Positions 34,061 to 46,167 of a DNA stretch of 64,000 nt are shown in pieces. Made by a program: the position numbers and the translations under genes. The notes under the pieces are model-generated. The model worked only from the letters and a program-made list of their open reading frames with translations. It was not told the DNA's origin and made no database searches. Source of the DNA: the human T2T-CHM13v2.0 reference genome, Homo sapiens. The number at the start of each line of letters is the position of its first letter. The stretch's first letter is position 1. The stretch lies in assembly GCF_009914755.1 (NCBI RefSeq), contig NC_060932.1; one strand, 5' to 3'.

Positions 34061-36787
34061 TCAAATAGACAAAATAGATCCGTGTGACAGAATAGAGACT
34101 CCAGCCGTCAAAATCTTTAAATTCTGTTCATTAAAAGACACAACTAAGAAAATGGAAAGGCAAGCCATAGAATAAGGGAAATGTCTGTCTGACAAAGGGC
34201 TTGAATGCAGAATATGTCAAGAACTCCTACAAAACAAGAACGTAAAGACAACCCCAGAAAAATGGGCATAAAAGCCAAAAGGTTACTTTGCAAAAGAAGA
34301 TACACAAATGTCCAATAAGAATTAGTCATCCAGGAGGTGAAAGTGAAAACTTTATTGGGATACACTTCAATTTCACTAGAATGGCCTAAGTTAAAAAGAA
34401 TGACAATACAACATGCCCAAGAGGATACGGGTGGAGGCCACAGTCAACATCTGTCAAAACTCACTGAGTCCTACAAGTGAGACCTGTGCCTTTCACTGTC
34501 TATCAATTTTCTCTCAATTAATACAATTTAATGGGTATATATTTTTCTGTTTCATTTCTATGTAAGAAAGAAAAATAAATTTTTTGGTAAGTTTACCTTG
34601 TTCTTTTAAGAAAAATTTAAACAGTTGAAATATTTTCTTCAGACCAGTTGTTTCTGAGACATCTACCAAATGCTAAAATCTCGAGTCACAATACAGGTCT
34701 TGCAAGGACAAGTTAAACATAGTATGTGTTAACATTAAGTAAGTGCTCACCATGTATTATACTTGTATTGCATGTAACATTCTTACCTTATATTCACAGA
34801 ACTCCATAAGTTATGTCCTGTGACTACTGTCCTCATTGTACGTTGCATAGATTAAGAGATTTGTCCAAATGACACCGTTGGCGAGAGGTTGAGCCAGGAT
34901 CTCAATGTGGGCTTTCAGGCATCAACACATGTGCTCCACTGTGCATACAAACTGCCTTCTGCGCACCATGTTACTTCCGACCTGTAAAGCACATTTCACG
35001 GCCAAGCACACTGTTGGCCTCAGCATAGCGTTTCCTGTAGACAGGAAAAATGATCCCAGGCCCGCCTCTTTGAGTGTCTTTCCCATGGTGTCTTATTTTC
35101 ACCTTCTAAAAATAAATGTTCACGTTGCTTCATCCCCCCATCCAAGAAAACTCACAGCCTTTCTCAAATCGCCTGTCCTCTCTGCTGTTCCTGACAAGTT
35201 GTTCAAAAGTTCCACTCATACTTCCATTTTCTTACCTTAACGTCTGCGATCTCATTTCTGCACCCATATCCACTGAAACTGTCCTTTTTAAAAATGACCC
35301 CAGCTTGCTGCATCTGACGGTCTTTCCCCATCTCATTCCACTTGATTTCTCAGCATCTGCTCCGGGGCCGGGCTCCTCCTGTCCCTCGGGTGCCCAGGAG
35401 CGTCCCCCGCCCCACGCCCCTCTCACTTTCCTCCTGGATTCCCTTCGTGGCCCCGCCTCACCTGAGAGGCCTCCTCCACCTTTCTGCTGCGTGACACTCA
35501 CAGCCCGACGTCTTCCACACTTTTACATCTGAAGCACTCAGAGGTTCACAGCCCTGCCCGTCACACTTGCTCTGTTCTTTCACAGACTTCTTGGAAGTGC
35601 CCTAGAATCAGCAGGTCCAAATCAAACTCAGGTCCAACCTCCAAAACCTGTTTTTCTTCCTATCATAGATCTTGCCTTTGTTGGGAGAAGTCTAGGCGCC
35701 TTGGAATCATCTCACCTCTAACACATTCCTCATTCCTGTGGGCTCTGTCCCTAAAATCCAAGCCCTTTGGTGTCTCATGAGAAACCAGCTCAAGTCTGCA
35801 GGAGCCTCTCGGGGTCTGTGTCCAGGACACCACTTCCTGCATTCAGGCACCTCGTCCTCCAGGCCCCACGCACAGGGACCGTCCTGAGCTCCCAGCTCAC
35901 AAGTCCCTGATTAAGAACTTGCAGTACTTTTCTTTTGCCTGTGGCATAAACATCAAGCTGTCTGGGGTGTCCCTCACAGTTTCCCACTCTGCTTCCCCAA
36001 ACTTCTCTCCCAGAATGCCTTTCCCCCTTTACCCTCTGCTCTCCAGACAAACAATGCTCACTCCCCGCCTCCCAGCTGGCACACACTCTACATTTCCTTT
36101 TAGCATTTTGCATTAAGAAATCTATGTTCCAGTCTTTGTCCCCAACACACTGTCAACTACACGAGTGCTACGCTTGCCATCTTGCAGAAGGCCTTTCTTG
36201 CACTTCCAAGCACCCAGACTTACGTGGGAGGTGCCTTATTAAGATGCCTTCTCCTCGTGTTCTGTTTGGGAAGCCTTTGGTGGCACATCCTTCAAACCTG
36301 CCCAGTCCTGGTTATAGCAAAGGACGGGTAGAGCCAAGTGGACGAGAGCCGGAGGTGGTTGGTCCGGCTGGGTCAGGGTCAGCTGCACTGGGACCAGGGC
36401 AGAGGAGAGCCAGAGGAGGTTGTCCACACTGGGTTGGGGTCAGCTACACGAGGACCAGGGCAAAGGAGGTTGTCATGGCTGGGTCACTGTTAGCTGCACT
36501 GGGACCAGGGCAGAGGAGAGCCAGAAGAGGTTGTCCACACCGGGTTGGGGTCAGCCCCGTTGGGACCCAAGCCAGCGTCATGCATCTGAGCATGCTGGCT
36601 CTCACTCTCAGCTGGCCGTGGGTCAGCCATTGCAGCCCCACCTGCCACGGGCTCCAGGAAGAGCAGTCATCAGTATGGAGAAGGCCGGACTCTGCTCAGA
36701 AGCCACTGAGCAGGTGCTCCATAGACTCACCAGCTGGAGCGGGGTCACATCTCGGAGGCACCGTCAGCACCAGGAGGGCAGCCAAGC

Positions 36788-36914
36788 AAGGGTATGGCAT
36801 TTCCGAGCCTCTGCGGTCAAGGGTATCGCATTTCCGAGCCTCTGCGGTCAAGGGTATGGCGTTTCCGAGCCTCTGCGGTCAAGGGTATGGCGTTTCCGAG
36901 CCTCTGCAGTCAAG
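36788..36914. repeat. 31-bp minisatellite, 4 copies
   Basis: Unit caagggtatggcgtttccgagcctctgcggt. Confidence 0.93.
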
Positions 36915-38389
36915 AGCCCAGAGATGGGTTGTCGGGGCAGCTGTGGGGGCATCCCAGATGTGGGTGCCAACAGTGAGATGCAAATGTGGATTTCCCTCAA
37001 AAATGTGCTGTTAGGGAACAAGCATGCCTTCATCTCCTGCAAGGGCACAGAAAGCTCAAGAACACTTTTTACCCTGAATGTGGAAATGATCTGGAAAGAA
37101 GCCATTTTCTGAAATCCAGTCATTAATTGTGATATTATTTGAAATGTATACTGAAAGGTGTTCTAAGAATTTCCATTTTGCAGGTGGAATAATACACACA
37201 TGTGCACGCACAGCACACGCACGCGTGTGCACACGAATGTCTGTTTCACTAGCACTGTTTAGCGTGCTCCATTTTCCATTGAATGCAGTGGAAGAAACAC
37301 TTCTTATATTTGGGAGCTTCTCCTGTCAGATCCCATTTATAGAAATGAGAAGATGATCTCTGTATTTCAAATGAACACATTTAGTATGGAAAAAAATTTT
37401 CTTAAATATCTCCTTAGCACAACCTGCATAGAATCCTTACTGCTTTCCAAGGTAACAAGGGAGATGGTTTACGTTGTGTATTTTCAAGCATGTTTAGATG
37501 GATCTAAACAGCTGGGGTCAGAGGCCCTTTCAGGGGTACCCTTTGTTATGTATATTCGTTCTCATAATGACCTAAGTCACAGACGAGGTTCTGAGCCCAG
37601 GATTCAGCAAGCAGCTCTGGAACCATTCGCAAAGGGCGAGAACAAGGTTGAACACCAGGAATCCTGCAGTTCTGTCTTGGGGTTATGGATTCACTTGCAC
37701 AGCTTTCCGTCTCGCCTGTTTGTGGATGACAATCTAAGGGGAGCAACATCTGAAAGGCAAAACTAGAACAAAAACATTTCTGTGTTATTCTAGAAAACTT
37801 TTCACTATTTAAAAAAAAATTCTGAGCTACTAAGTCCATATAGCAAAATATGTTTCCATTTCTGACACCTGGGATGCCGCAGGAATTACCACTTAGAGAG
37901 ATAACCAAAGGGGCTGAAAGTCAACTTCAAAATGCCCCGGGATGTAGGAGGGGGATTTTCAGGGGGAAGAGTCAGGTGGATTTTGTGGAGTGAGCCGTGC
38001 TGGGGACTTCACCCTGTGTCACCTGGCGGGGCCACCGGAGGGTGCATCCCCCCATCTTGATTGGCTCCCCCTAGTCCTAGTTCTTGAGTTTTGATCTGTG
38101 ACTGTGAGGAACCTGGCCTTCTGGGACTCTATATGATAAAATGCTAAGCCATTATAATATTTTTTAAAAAGCCTCTTAAGCCAAATGAGGCTGAGGTTTT
38201 ATTTGTTATTTTTTAACTATTTAAAAAGTCTGTGGTATCAGAGGATGGGATCTTTGGCTCTGTGGTCCTATGACTCAGCATCTTGAGTGCTTAAAATCCC
38301 AGTGACCTTGGGATTTTAAAGCATGAATTCCAGAGCCAGGCCACCTGGACTCAGAAGGGAGTGCTGCCCCCATCCCGCCCAAGCCTGAG

Positions 38390-38792
38390 TGCATGACCTG
38401 GCACCAGTGTGTGATGACCTGGCACCAGTGTGTGAAGACCTGTGCGTGATGACCTGGAACCAGTGCGTGATGACCTGACACCAGTGTGTGATGACCTGGC
38501 ACCAGTGCTTGATGACCTGACACCAGTGCATCATGACCTGACACCAGCGCGCAATGACCTGACACCAGTGCACGATGACCTGGCACCAGTGCGTGATGAC
38601 CTGACACCAGTGCGTCATGACCTGACACCAGTGCGTGATAACCTGGCACCAGTGCGTGATGACCTGACACCAGTGTGTGATGACCTGGCACCAGTGTGCG
38701 ATGACGTGGCCCCAGTGTGCCATGACCTGGCACCAGTGTGTGATGACCTGACACCAGTGTGTGATGACCTGGCACCAGTGCACAATGACCTT
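38390..38792. repeat. 21-bp minisatellite, ~19 copies
   Basis: Unit tgtgatgacctg(g/a)caccagtg. Confidence 0.95.
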
Positions 38793-39933
38793 GCAGCAAT
38801 GTGCGTCTGATGCTGCATTCATAGGAGGAAGGTTGGGAAGAGGCCTGGTTTATAGGACTAATGTAAACATTAAATGTGTTAGGACAATGCAAAACACTTA
38901 TTAGCATTTCTGGCGTAATCTTGCATAGAAAATGTTAGCTATTGTGAGTCTATGTTTTAAAAAAAATTATTAGCTTTCTTCAGCGGCAACATTTATGTGT
39001 CACACTCCATTTTGAAATAAAGAGAATCATTGAGAGAATATGTATTTGAAACATAGACTCACAAAATACATGGATCCACCTGTGAGGGCTGTCCAGCAGC
39101 CACTGCCAGAGTGATGAGCCATGGCTCAGAGGTGATCCCTTCGTTCACGTAGCAGGCACTGGTTAGAAACTGTGGACACCAGATCCAGAGGACGAGAATC
39201 CTTCTTTTATGTTTTCTCAGTCTAGAAGGCAGCTTCAATTTGAGAATGTTAAAATGCAAAACGGTGGTGTTAATCAGAAGGAACGGCTGTTGTATTGGAA
39301 GAAAATTGGTAATTGGTAGAAAGTGCCGATTGGTAGAAATGGAGGGTATGAAACCAGCAATCTCAAGGAAGCATGGAAGGAGAGCAGAAGTGCGGGAAGT
39401 TTACATTTCTGCAAAGACAAAGGTGAGTCAAGTTAAGAGCCTCAGTCAGGGCTCTTGGCATCCACCTGAGGCCACACTGCTCGGGCTCCATAGCTCGGGG
39501 CTTCGTCCGCTGCACATGACTCTGTATTAAACACGCACAGGCACGTGGACACATTCAAAGGAAGCCAGCAGTGGTCTCTTACAGAATGAGTCCACGCATC
39601 CATCAACCTGAGCCTGAAACTTGTGACCGTGTCTCAGGATGCTGTTGACATTTTGCCGCTCTGTTGAACCCATGCTTTCAGGGTGGTGACAGCCAAGGTC
39701 AGGGATCCGTGTTAGCTCGCCTTCTGTTCACTGGCAGTCGACCTGGGGGATCCACAGAGGAGGGGAGGGGACAGGGCCCCTGCTGGTGCTGGTGCCGGTC
39801 CCCACATCTGCAGCAGAGCTGCCCGTCCCACTGCCCAGGTGCAGCGGGAGTCGGCGGGCATCGATGTGAAGACTGTGTGCTTCATACCCAGTAAAATTAG
39901 AATCAGCTCAAAACTAATTTCCTCCCTTTGCTT

Positions 39934-39969
<36 letters not shown>

Positions 39970-39974
39970 TCTCT
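39934..39974. repeat. (CT)n microsatellite
   Basis: Near-perfect CT run. Confidence 0.93.
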
Positions 39975-41005
39975 TTCCTTTTTTTGGTCTAAGTCAGGGA
40001 GGGGAAGGTAGGTAGGAGCTGCTATATGTTATACATTTTCTTTTAAAGCAAAAATATTTGGCAGAAAGAATGACTTTAAATCTATAATGAATAAGCTTCA
40101 CTTAATAAGAATTCATTGAGTCCAGTTTTTTTTCTCTGATATTCCATTTTTAAAGACTGAAGTAAATCAGAGAAAAACCACACCAAGGGTTTACTTTGAA
40201 AAGAAAGTGTGTGCTTTAATGCCCAACTCTGGAGTCAGAATCGTCCACCTAACATCTATAGACATTTTTATGTACCTGCTTGTGCACTGATATTTAATGT
40301 TCCTATTATCATCCAAAACAGGCAAGAAGAATAATTAATCATTTCTGTCCACATTTCTACAGCTTTTGATAAAATAAAATGAATTTTACTGCACTGTGGA
40401 AAGATTGTCAATAAAACTGGAAAGTGGTCCAGTTAGCCAGAAGTTTAAGCTAAGCCAGACCTTTCATCGGCCAAACACTCACAGGGTTCTTCCATGCTTT
40501 TAACATTTCACAAAACGGCGAGAAGGAAGACCAGAGAACATTGATTTATTTTAAGGGAGTTTGGAAGAAAACGACCGTTGTGATTATAAAATGGTTTTCA
40601 TTTAGCCTACTCCTCCTATTATATTTGCTGATATTGCATAACCTGGACAACTTTGCATAAGTTAAAACTGAAAGTGAGCCTTGTATTTTTTCTGTTATTT
40701 TTTAAATATGTAAAGTTGCCAGAGAGCCAATAATTTTTATGAGACTCTCAGTTTTTTGGCTTAAATTCAGGAGCTGAGTTTGCTATTATGCTGTGTGAGT
40801 TACTAGTGCTTACAGCACTTTTTTAAAAATATGGAATGACCCAAATTTCACTACCTGGCCATAAAATCTCAGGTTTCAAAGGCAATTTTGTAAATAGCCT
40901 CCCCTATTACTTTTGATGAAATTCACATTCATAAATATGAATCTCAGAATATTTGCATATGGCAAAGTTACTCATCAAGACACAGACATTCAGTTGGAAA
41001 TGTGA

Positions 41006-41794
41006 TGCTAGCCTCTGGGTGTGGATTGGACGGTCGTTCCCATCTCTGGCCTGTGGCGGGTGCTCAGCCTCTGGGTGTGGGTTGGACGGCTGTTCCCATC
41101 TCTACCCTGTGGCGGGTGCTCAGCCTCTGGGTGTGGGTTGGATGGCTTTCCCATCTCTGGCCTGTGGCGGGTGCTCAGCCTCTGGGTGTGGGTTGGACGG
41201 CTGTTCCCACCTCTGCCCTGTGGCGGGTGCTCAGCCTCTGGGTGTGGGTTGGACGGCTGTTCCCATCTCTACCCTGTGGCGGGTGCTCAGCCTCTGGGTG
41301 TGGGTTGGACGGCTGTTCCCATCTCTACCCTGCAGCGGGTGCTCACCCTCTGGGTGTGGGTTGGACGGCTGTTCCCATCTCTGCCCTGTGGTGGGTGCTC
41401 AGCCTCTGGGTGTGGGTTGGACGGCTGTTCCCATCTCTACCCTGCAGCAGGTGCTCAGCCTCTGGGTGTGGGTTGGACGGCTGTTCCCATCTCTACCCTG
41501 CAGCGGGTGCTCACCCTCTGGGTGTGGGTTGGACGGCTGTTCCCATCTGTACCCTGTGGTGGGTGCTCAGCCTCTGGGTGTGGGTTGGACGGTCGTTCCC
41601 ATCTCTACCCTGCAGCAGGTGCTCAGCCTCTGGGTGTGGGTTGGACGGCTGTTCCCATCTCTACCCTGCAGCAGGTGCTCAGCCTCTGGGTGTGGGTTGG
41701 ACGGTCGTTCCCACCTCTGCCCTGTGGTGGGTGCTCAGCCTCTGGGTGTGGGTTGGATGGTCATTCCCACCTCTGCCCTGCAGCGGGTGCTCAC
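41006..41794. repeat. 56-bp G/T-rich minisatellite, ~14 copies, abutting a DLGAP2 splice acceptor
   Basis: Unit tgctcagcctctgggtgtgggttggacggctgttcccatctctaccctgtggcggg. Confidence 0.96.
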
Positions 41795-41827
41795 AGAATG
41801 CCTTTTCTCCTTTCTTCTTTCCTGTAG

Positions 41828-41975
41828 CCAGACCTACCTGCAAGCTGCAAGCGATGTGCCTGTGGGACACAGCCTGGACCCCGCTGCGAACTACAACTCC
41901 CCGAAATTCCGCTCCCGGAACCAGAGCTACATGAGGGCCGTCAGCACCCTGAGCCAGGCCAGCTGCGTGAGCCAG
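41828..41975 (+). CDS. DLGAP2: DLGAP2 (SAPAP2) internal coding exon, 148 nt
   Basis: Pyrimidine tract plus tag acceptor, cag|gtcagg donor; encodes QTYLQAASDVPVGHSLDPAANYNSPKFRSRNQSYMRAVSTLSQASCVSQ with the GK-binding repeat RNQSYMRA. Confidence 0.92.
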
Positions 41976-42754
41976 GTCAGGGTCCCTTCGCCCTTTCTCC
42001 CTGGGGTCCAGTCTCCCCAGCCAGGCTGGCACGGAGGCCCCGGCCGCATAGGTGGCGATGGCGCTGCCCTCCTGGTCAGCAGCACTTGGGCAAGGCTACA
42101 CCAAAGGGGGTTCCCCTGGAATTAGCTCTGGCTGATTAGACTCGTGGACTTACTGTTATATTTTTGACGTGTATAACTCCATATCATTTTTGCGTTGATT
42201 TTTTTCTGAGGAAGCAATGACCAAAAGGGTGGTCATCCTGGCCTCTCTTGTTGATAAAGCACAGGCTGTCTTCCTTCTTCCCAGGCTATTTTTCCAGTAA
42301 AAGGGGGCCAGGGAAAGGCTCTGGCAGCATGGCTCTCAGCTCTGTCCTCTGAATTGTGCCTCAGAAAGTCCTGTGAGAGGATAGCCTGGTGTCGCTCACA
42401 GAGTCCTGCCGGTCGGCCCCACTCCCAGGGCAGGACTGATTTCGGGACAGGCACAGTGGCCAGGAGAAGGGTCCCTGGGCACCACGGGAGGGGTGGTATT
42501 AAAATCAGGTGCCTGAGACACGGGGGCTGTGAAAGGGAGGCCCCCCTGCTCCCCACCTGTGGTGGACGGGCCTGAGAACGCACAGTGAAAAAATCGGCAA
42601 GTGTCCTTCAGTCTAATCATCCTATATTACATGGCAAAGAAGAATCGAAAGTTTATCATTTTAATTAAGCACGTTGCTTACTCACTTAAATGCCTTTGAA
42701 AACAGTGCTTGAGCTGACCTTGAGTTTGTATACCTAACAAACATTTTCTCTTAG

Positions 42755-43934
42755 TGTGGAGTAGGGATTAAGAGCCTGAGCCGACCTCACATTCTCTCTG
42801 ACTTACTGTGGAGTAGGGATTAAGATCTTGAGCCGACCTCACATTCTCTCTGACTTACTGTGGAGCAGGGATTAAGAGCCTGAGCCGACCTCACATTCTC
42901 TCTGACTTACTGTGGAGCAGGGATTAAGAGCCTGAGCCGACCTCACATTCTGTCTGACTTACTGTGGAGCAGGAATTAAGAGCTTGAGCCGACCTCACAT
43001 TCTTTCTGACTTACTGTGGAGCAGGGATTAAGAGCCTGAGCTGACCTCACATTCTCTCTGACTTACTGTGGAGCAGGGATTAAGAGCTTGAGCCGACCTC
43101 ACATTCTGTCTGACTTACTGTGGAGCAGGGATTAAGAGCTTGAGCCAACCTCACATTCTCTCTGACTTACTGTGGAGCAGGAATTAAGAGCTTGAGCCGA
43201 CCTCACATTCTGTCTGACTTACTGTGGAGCAGGAATTAAGAGCCTGAGCTGACCTCACATTCTCTCTGACTTACTGTGGAGCAGGAATTAAGAGCCTGAG
43301 CTGACCTCACATTCTTTCTGACTTACTGTGGAGCAGGGATTAAGAGCCTGAGCTGACCTCACATTCTCTCTGACTTACTGTGGAGCAGGAATTAAGAGCT
43401 TGAGCCGAGCTCACATTCTCTCTGACTTACTGTGGAGCAGGGATTAAGAGCTTGAGCCAACCTCACATTCTCTCTGACTTACTGTGGAGCAGGAATTAAG
43501 AGCTTGAGCCGACCTCACATTCTGTCTGACTTACTGTGGAGCAGGAATTAAGAGCCTGAGCTGACCTCACATTCTCTCTGACTTACTGTGGAGCAGGAAT
43601 TAAGAGCCTGAGCTGACCTCACATTCTGTCTGACTTACTGTGGAGCAGGGATTAAGAGCTTGAGCCGACCTCACATTCTCTCTGACTTACTGTGGAGCAG
43701 GAATTAAGAGCTTGAGCCGACCTCACATTCTGTCTGACTTACTGTGGAGCAGGAATTAAGAGCCTGAGCTGACCTCACATTCTCTCTGACTTACTGTGGA
43801 GCAGGAATTAAGAGCCTGAGCTGACCTCACATTCTCTCTGACTTACTGTGGAGCAGGGATTAAGAGCCTGAGCGCAGGGATTAAGAGCCTGAGCCGACCT
43901 CACATTCTCTCTGACTTACTGTGGAGTAGGGATT
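42755..43934. repeat. 52-bp minisatellite, ~23 copies
   Basis: Unit tgtggagcagggattaagagcctgagccgacctcacattctctctgacttac. Confidence 0.96.
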
Positions 43935-45508
43935 ATTCTGGGCTTCTGGGCCAAGGCCTGGGCTTTCTGTGCCCTCCCATTATGCAGTTATCGGCGTGAC
44001 AATGGAAGTACACAGTCAATTTTAGATGCTATTAGGCAAAGAGTCCAGCATATACTGAGCACTCAAAAATGATAGCCCTTATTATTACCATGATAACAAT
44101 AAGTAATACTATATAATTCTGGGCACTAAAGCCCTCCTGGCTGCAGATCATGCTGTGAGCTCTTGGTAGCTTGCCTGGGGCTCAGTAAGCACAAGTCTTT
44201 CTTTTGCCGCAGACTTTAAATTCCTCATGAGGTAGAGTCTATTCATTTTGCAGGTTTTTTCCTCATCGGAAGGTTGTACCCAGGACTTTTTCCACTGAAC
44301 TATTGAGGCTTTTCCTATTGCACAACTCAAGAAGGATACCACCTCTTTTATCTACTCGGTTACTTCTTTCCTTCCAGAAATGGAATTAAGTTCTCATCTG
44401 CATCAGGAATTGCATTGACTCTTTTTCCCAATGACAAGGAAAGACCGTCCCTAGCCCTGCGCTCAAGTCCTGGGCAAATGGGAATGGTGGGTCCTCCAGC
44501 CCCCTGCTCCCAGCCAGCCCCCTGCAAACAATAACATCAACTGATCCTCCCCAACTAGATAATTGTAATTATTTTAATAACTGAGGAAACATTCTATTTC
44601 AGCATAAAGTCCAAGATGATATGGGGAGACACTAATTAACTAAACAGAGTAACTGAAAGTCAGTGATACATTTTAACAACTTGCTCCATACACAGAGATG
44701 AGGATACAGCAGACTTTCTTCTTTTAAAGCTATCACCTTCCCTTTCAGTGGATATAACCTAGTTTACCAAAATACAGCTTTAAAAATCCGATGTAACCCA
44801 ACAAAAGGTTTAAACAGAAGTGCAAAGTTATCTCATCCGAGGTGTGAACGTTCATCTCTAATACTTTTCCACAAACAACTTTCAATTAAATGGATCTCAC
44901 ACCTCTTTAAATGCTCTTATGAAACATTCAGAGGCTCTTTGCGACTCGTCGTCCTGTTTGGGGGTAAATGTAAGCTAAATATACTAGTTCTCTCGTCATC
45001 TTGCTTTTGATGAACCCAAGATGGTATCTACCAAAATAAGTCAGTGAAAATAACATTTTCTCACATCTTTGTCTATCTGAAAGGATTCATCATTGGAAAC
45101 AATGGTTAAGCAGACAAGTTGGGTGCTTGGGGGTTTATTTAACGACCTTGAAATTTAGAATTCTAAGTCATTCCTATGCAGAGTTCTATGGCATTACTTT
45201 AAATTGAACTCAGTTTTGAATTCTCAGGAAAAAAAAAAGTGTTATTCAAAATAATCCTGGAATGCTGGTAGTAAGTGAGACTGTATCACACCCAGAAACA
45301 AACGTAGTAGGTGAGAAGACTGTGTCACACCCAGAAACAAACTTCCACTAATTGATTGTCCAGCCCTAGGCCACGAGACCTGACAATTCTGGAAGGAAGG
45401 GGACAGTGCCCATGGTTGAGGGTGGGACATCTGGAATTACTAACACTTAGGGGCTCTGGAGAGATGTGAATTTGGTGACAAACCAAAGTTTGTTGAAAGT
45501 TTGCCCTT

Positions 45509-45863
<355 letters not shown>

Positions 45864-45956
45864 CTAACTGAAGTCTTGTGAGAGGTGCTTATGTCCATGC
45901 CGTTTCCTCCTTGGAACCTCAGTAGCTGCACTCTGCTTGGGTTTCCTGCAGCTCAT

Positions 45957-46167
45957 GTCCCGAGGGTCTCGGCGGGAGGTCCGGGTGTCCCGAGGGTCTG
46001 GGCGGGAGGTCCGGGTGTCCCGAGGGTCTCGGCGGGAGGTCCCAGTGTCCCGAGGGTCTCGGCGGGAGGTCCGGGTGTCCCGAGGGTCTCGGCGGGAGGT
46101 CCGGGTGTCCCGAGGGTCTGGGCGGGAGGTCCGGGTGCCCCAAGGGTCTGGGCGGGAGGTCCGGGTG
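45957..46167. repeat. 30-bp GC/CpG-rich minisatellite, 7 copies
   Basis: Unit tgtcccgagggtctcggcgggaggtccggg. Confidence 0.95.

Larger units (their letters stand above)
31080..34520 (+). mobile_element. Old L1M/L1ME ORF1-ORF2 remnants interrupted by younger elements
   Basis: A-rich L1-like motifs (agccagaagacaatggaat; gttggaggactcacgctatctgatttcaagact). Confidence 0.65.

Noticed and set aside
28700-37100. Candidate exons of the antisense lncRNA DLGAP2-AS1 (e.g. minus-strand donor near 29635)
   Set aside because: Isolated splice-like motifs cannot define non-coding exons without transcript data.
36788-38792. Short direct repeats resembling CRISPR arrays
   Set aside because: Units are head-to-tail without unique spacers, there are no cas genes, and the DNA is human.
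38275-38907. His-rich heptad ORFs (GHHALVS)
   Set aside because: Translation artefact of the 21-bp minisatellite.
40953-42125. 390-aa ORF running through the VNTR into the DLGAP2 exon
   Set aside because: Stop-free repeat that happens to be in frame; it starts at a non-ATG codon and only 41828-41975 has proper splice sites.
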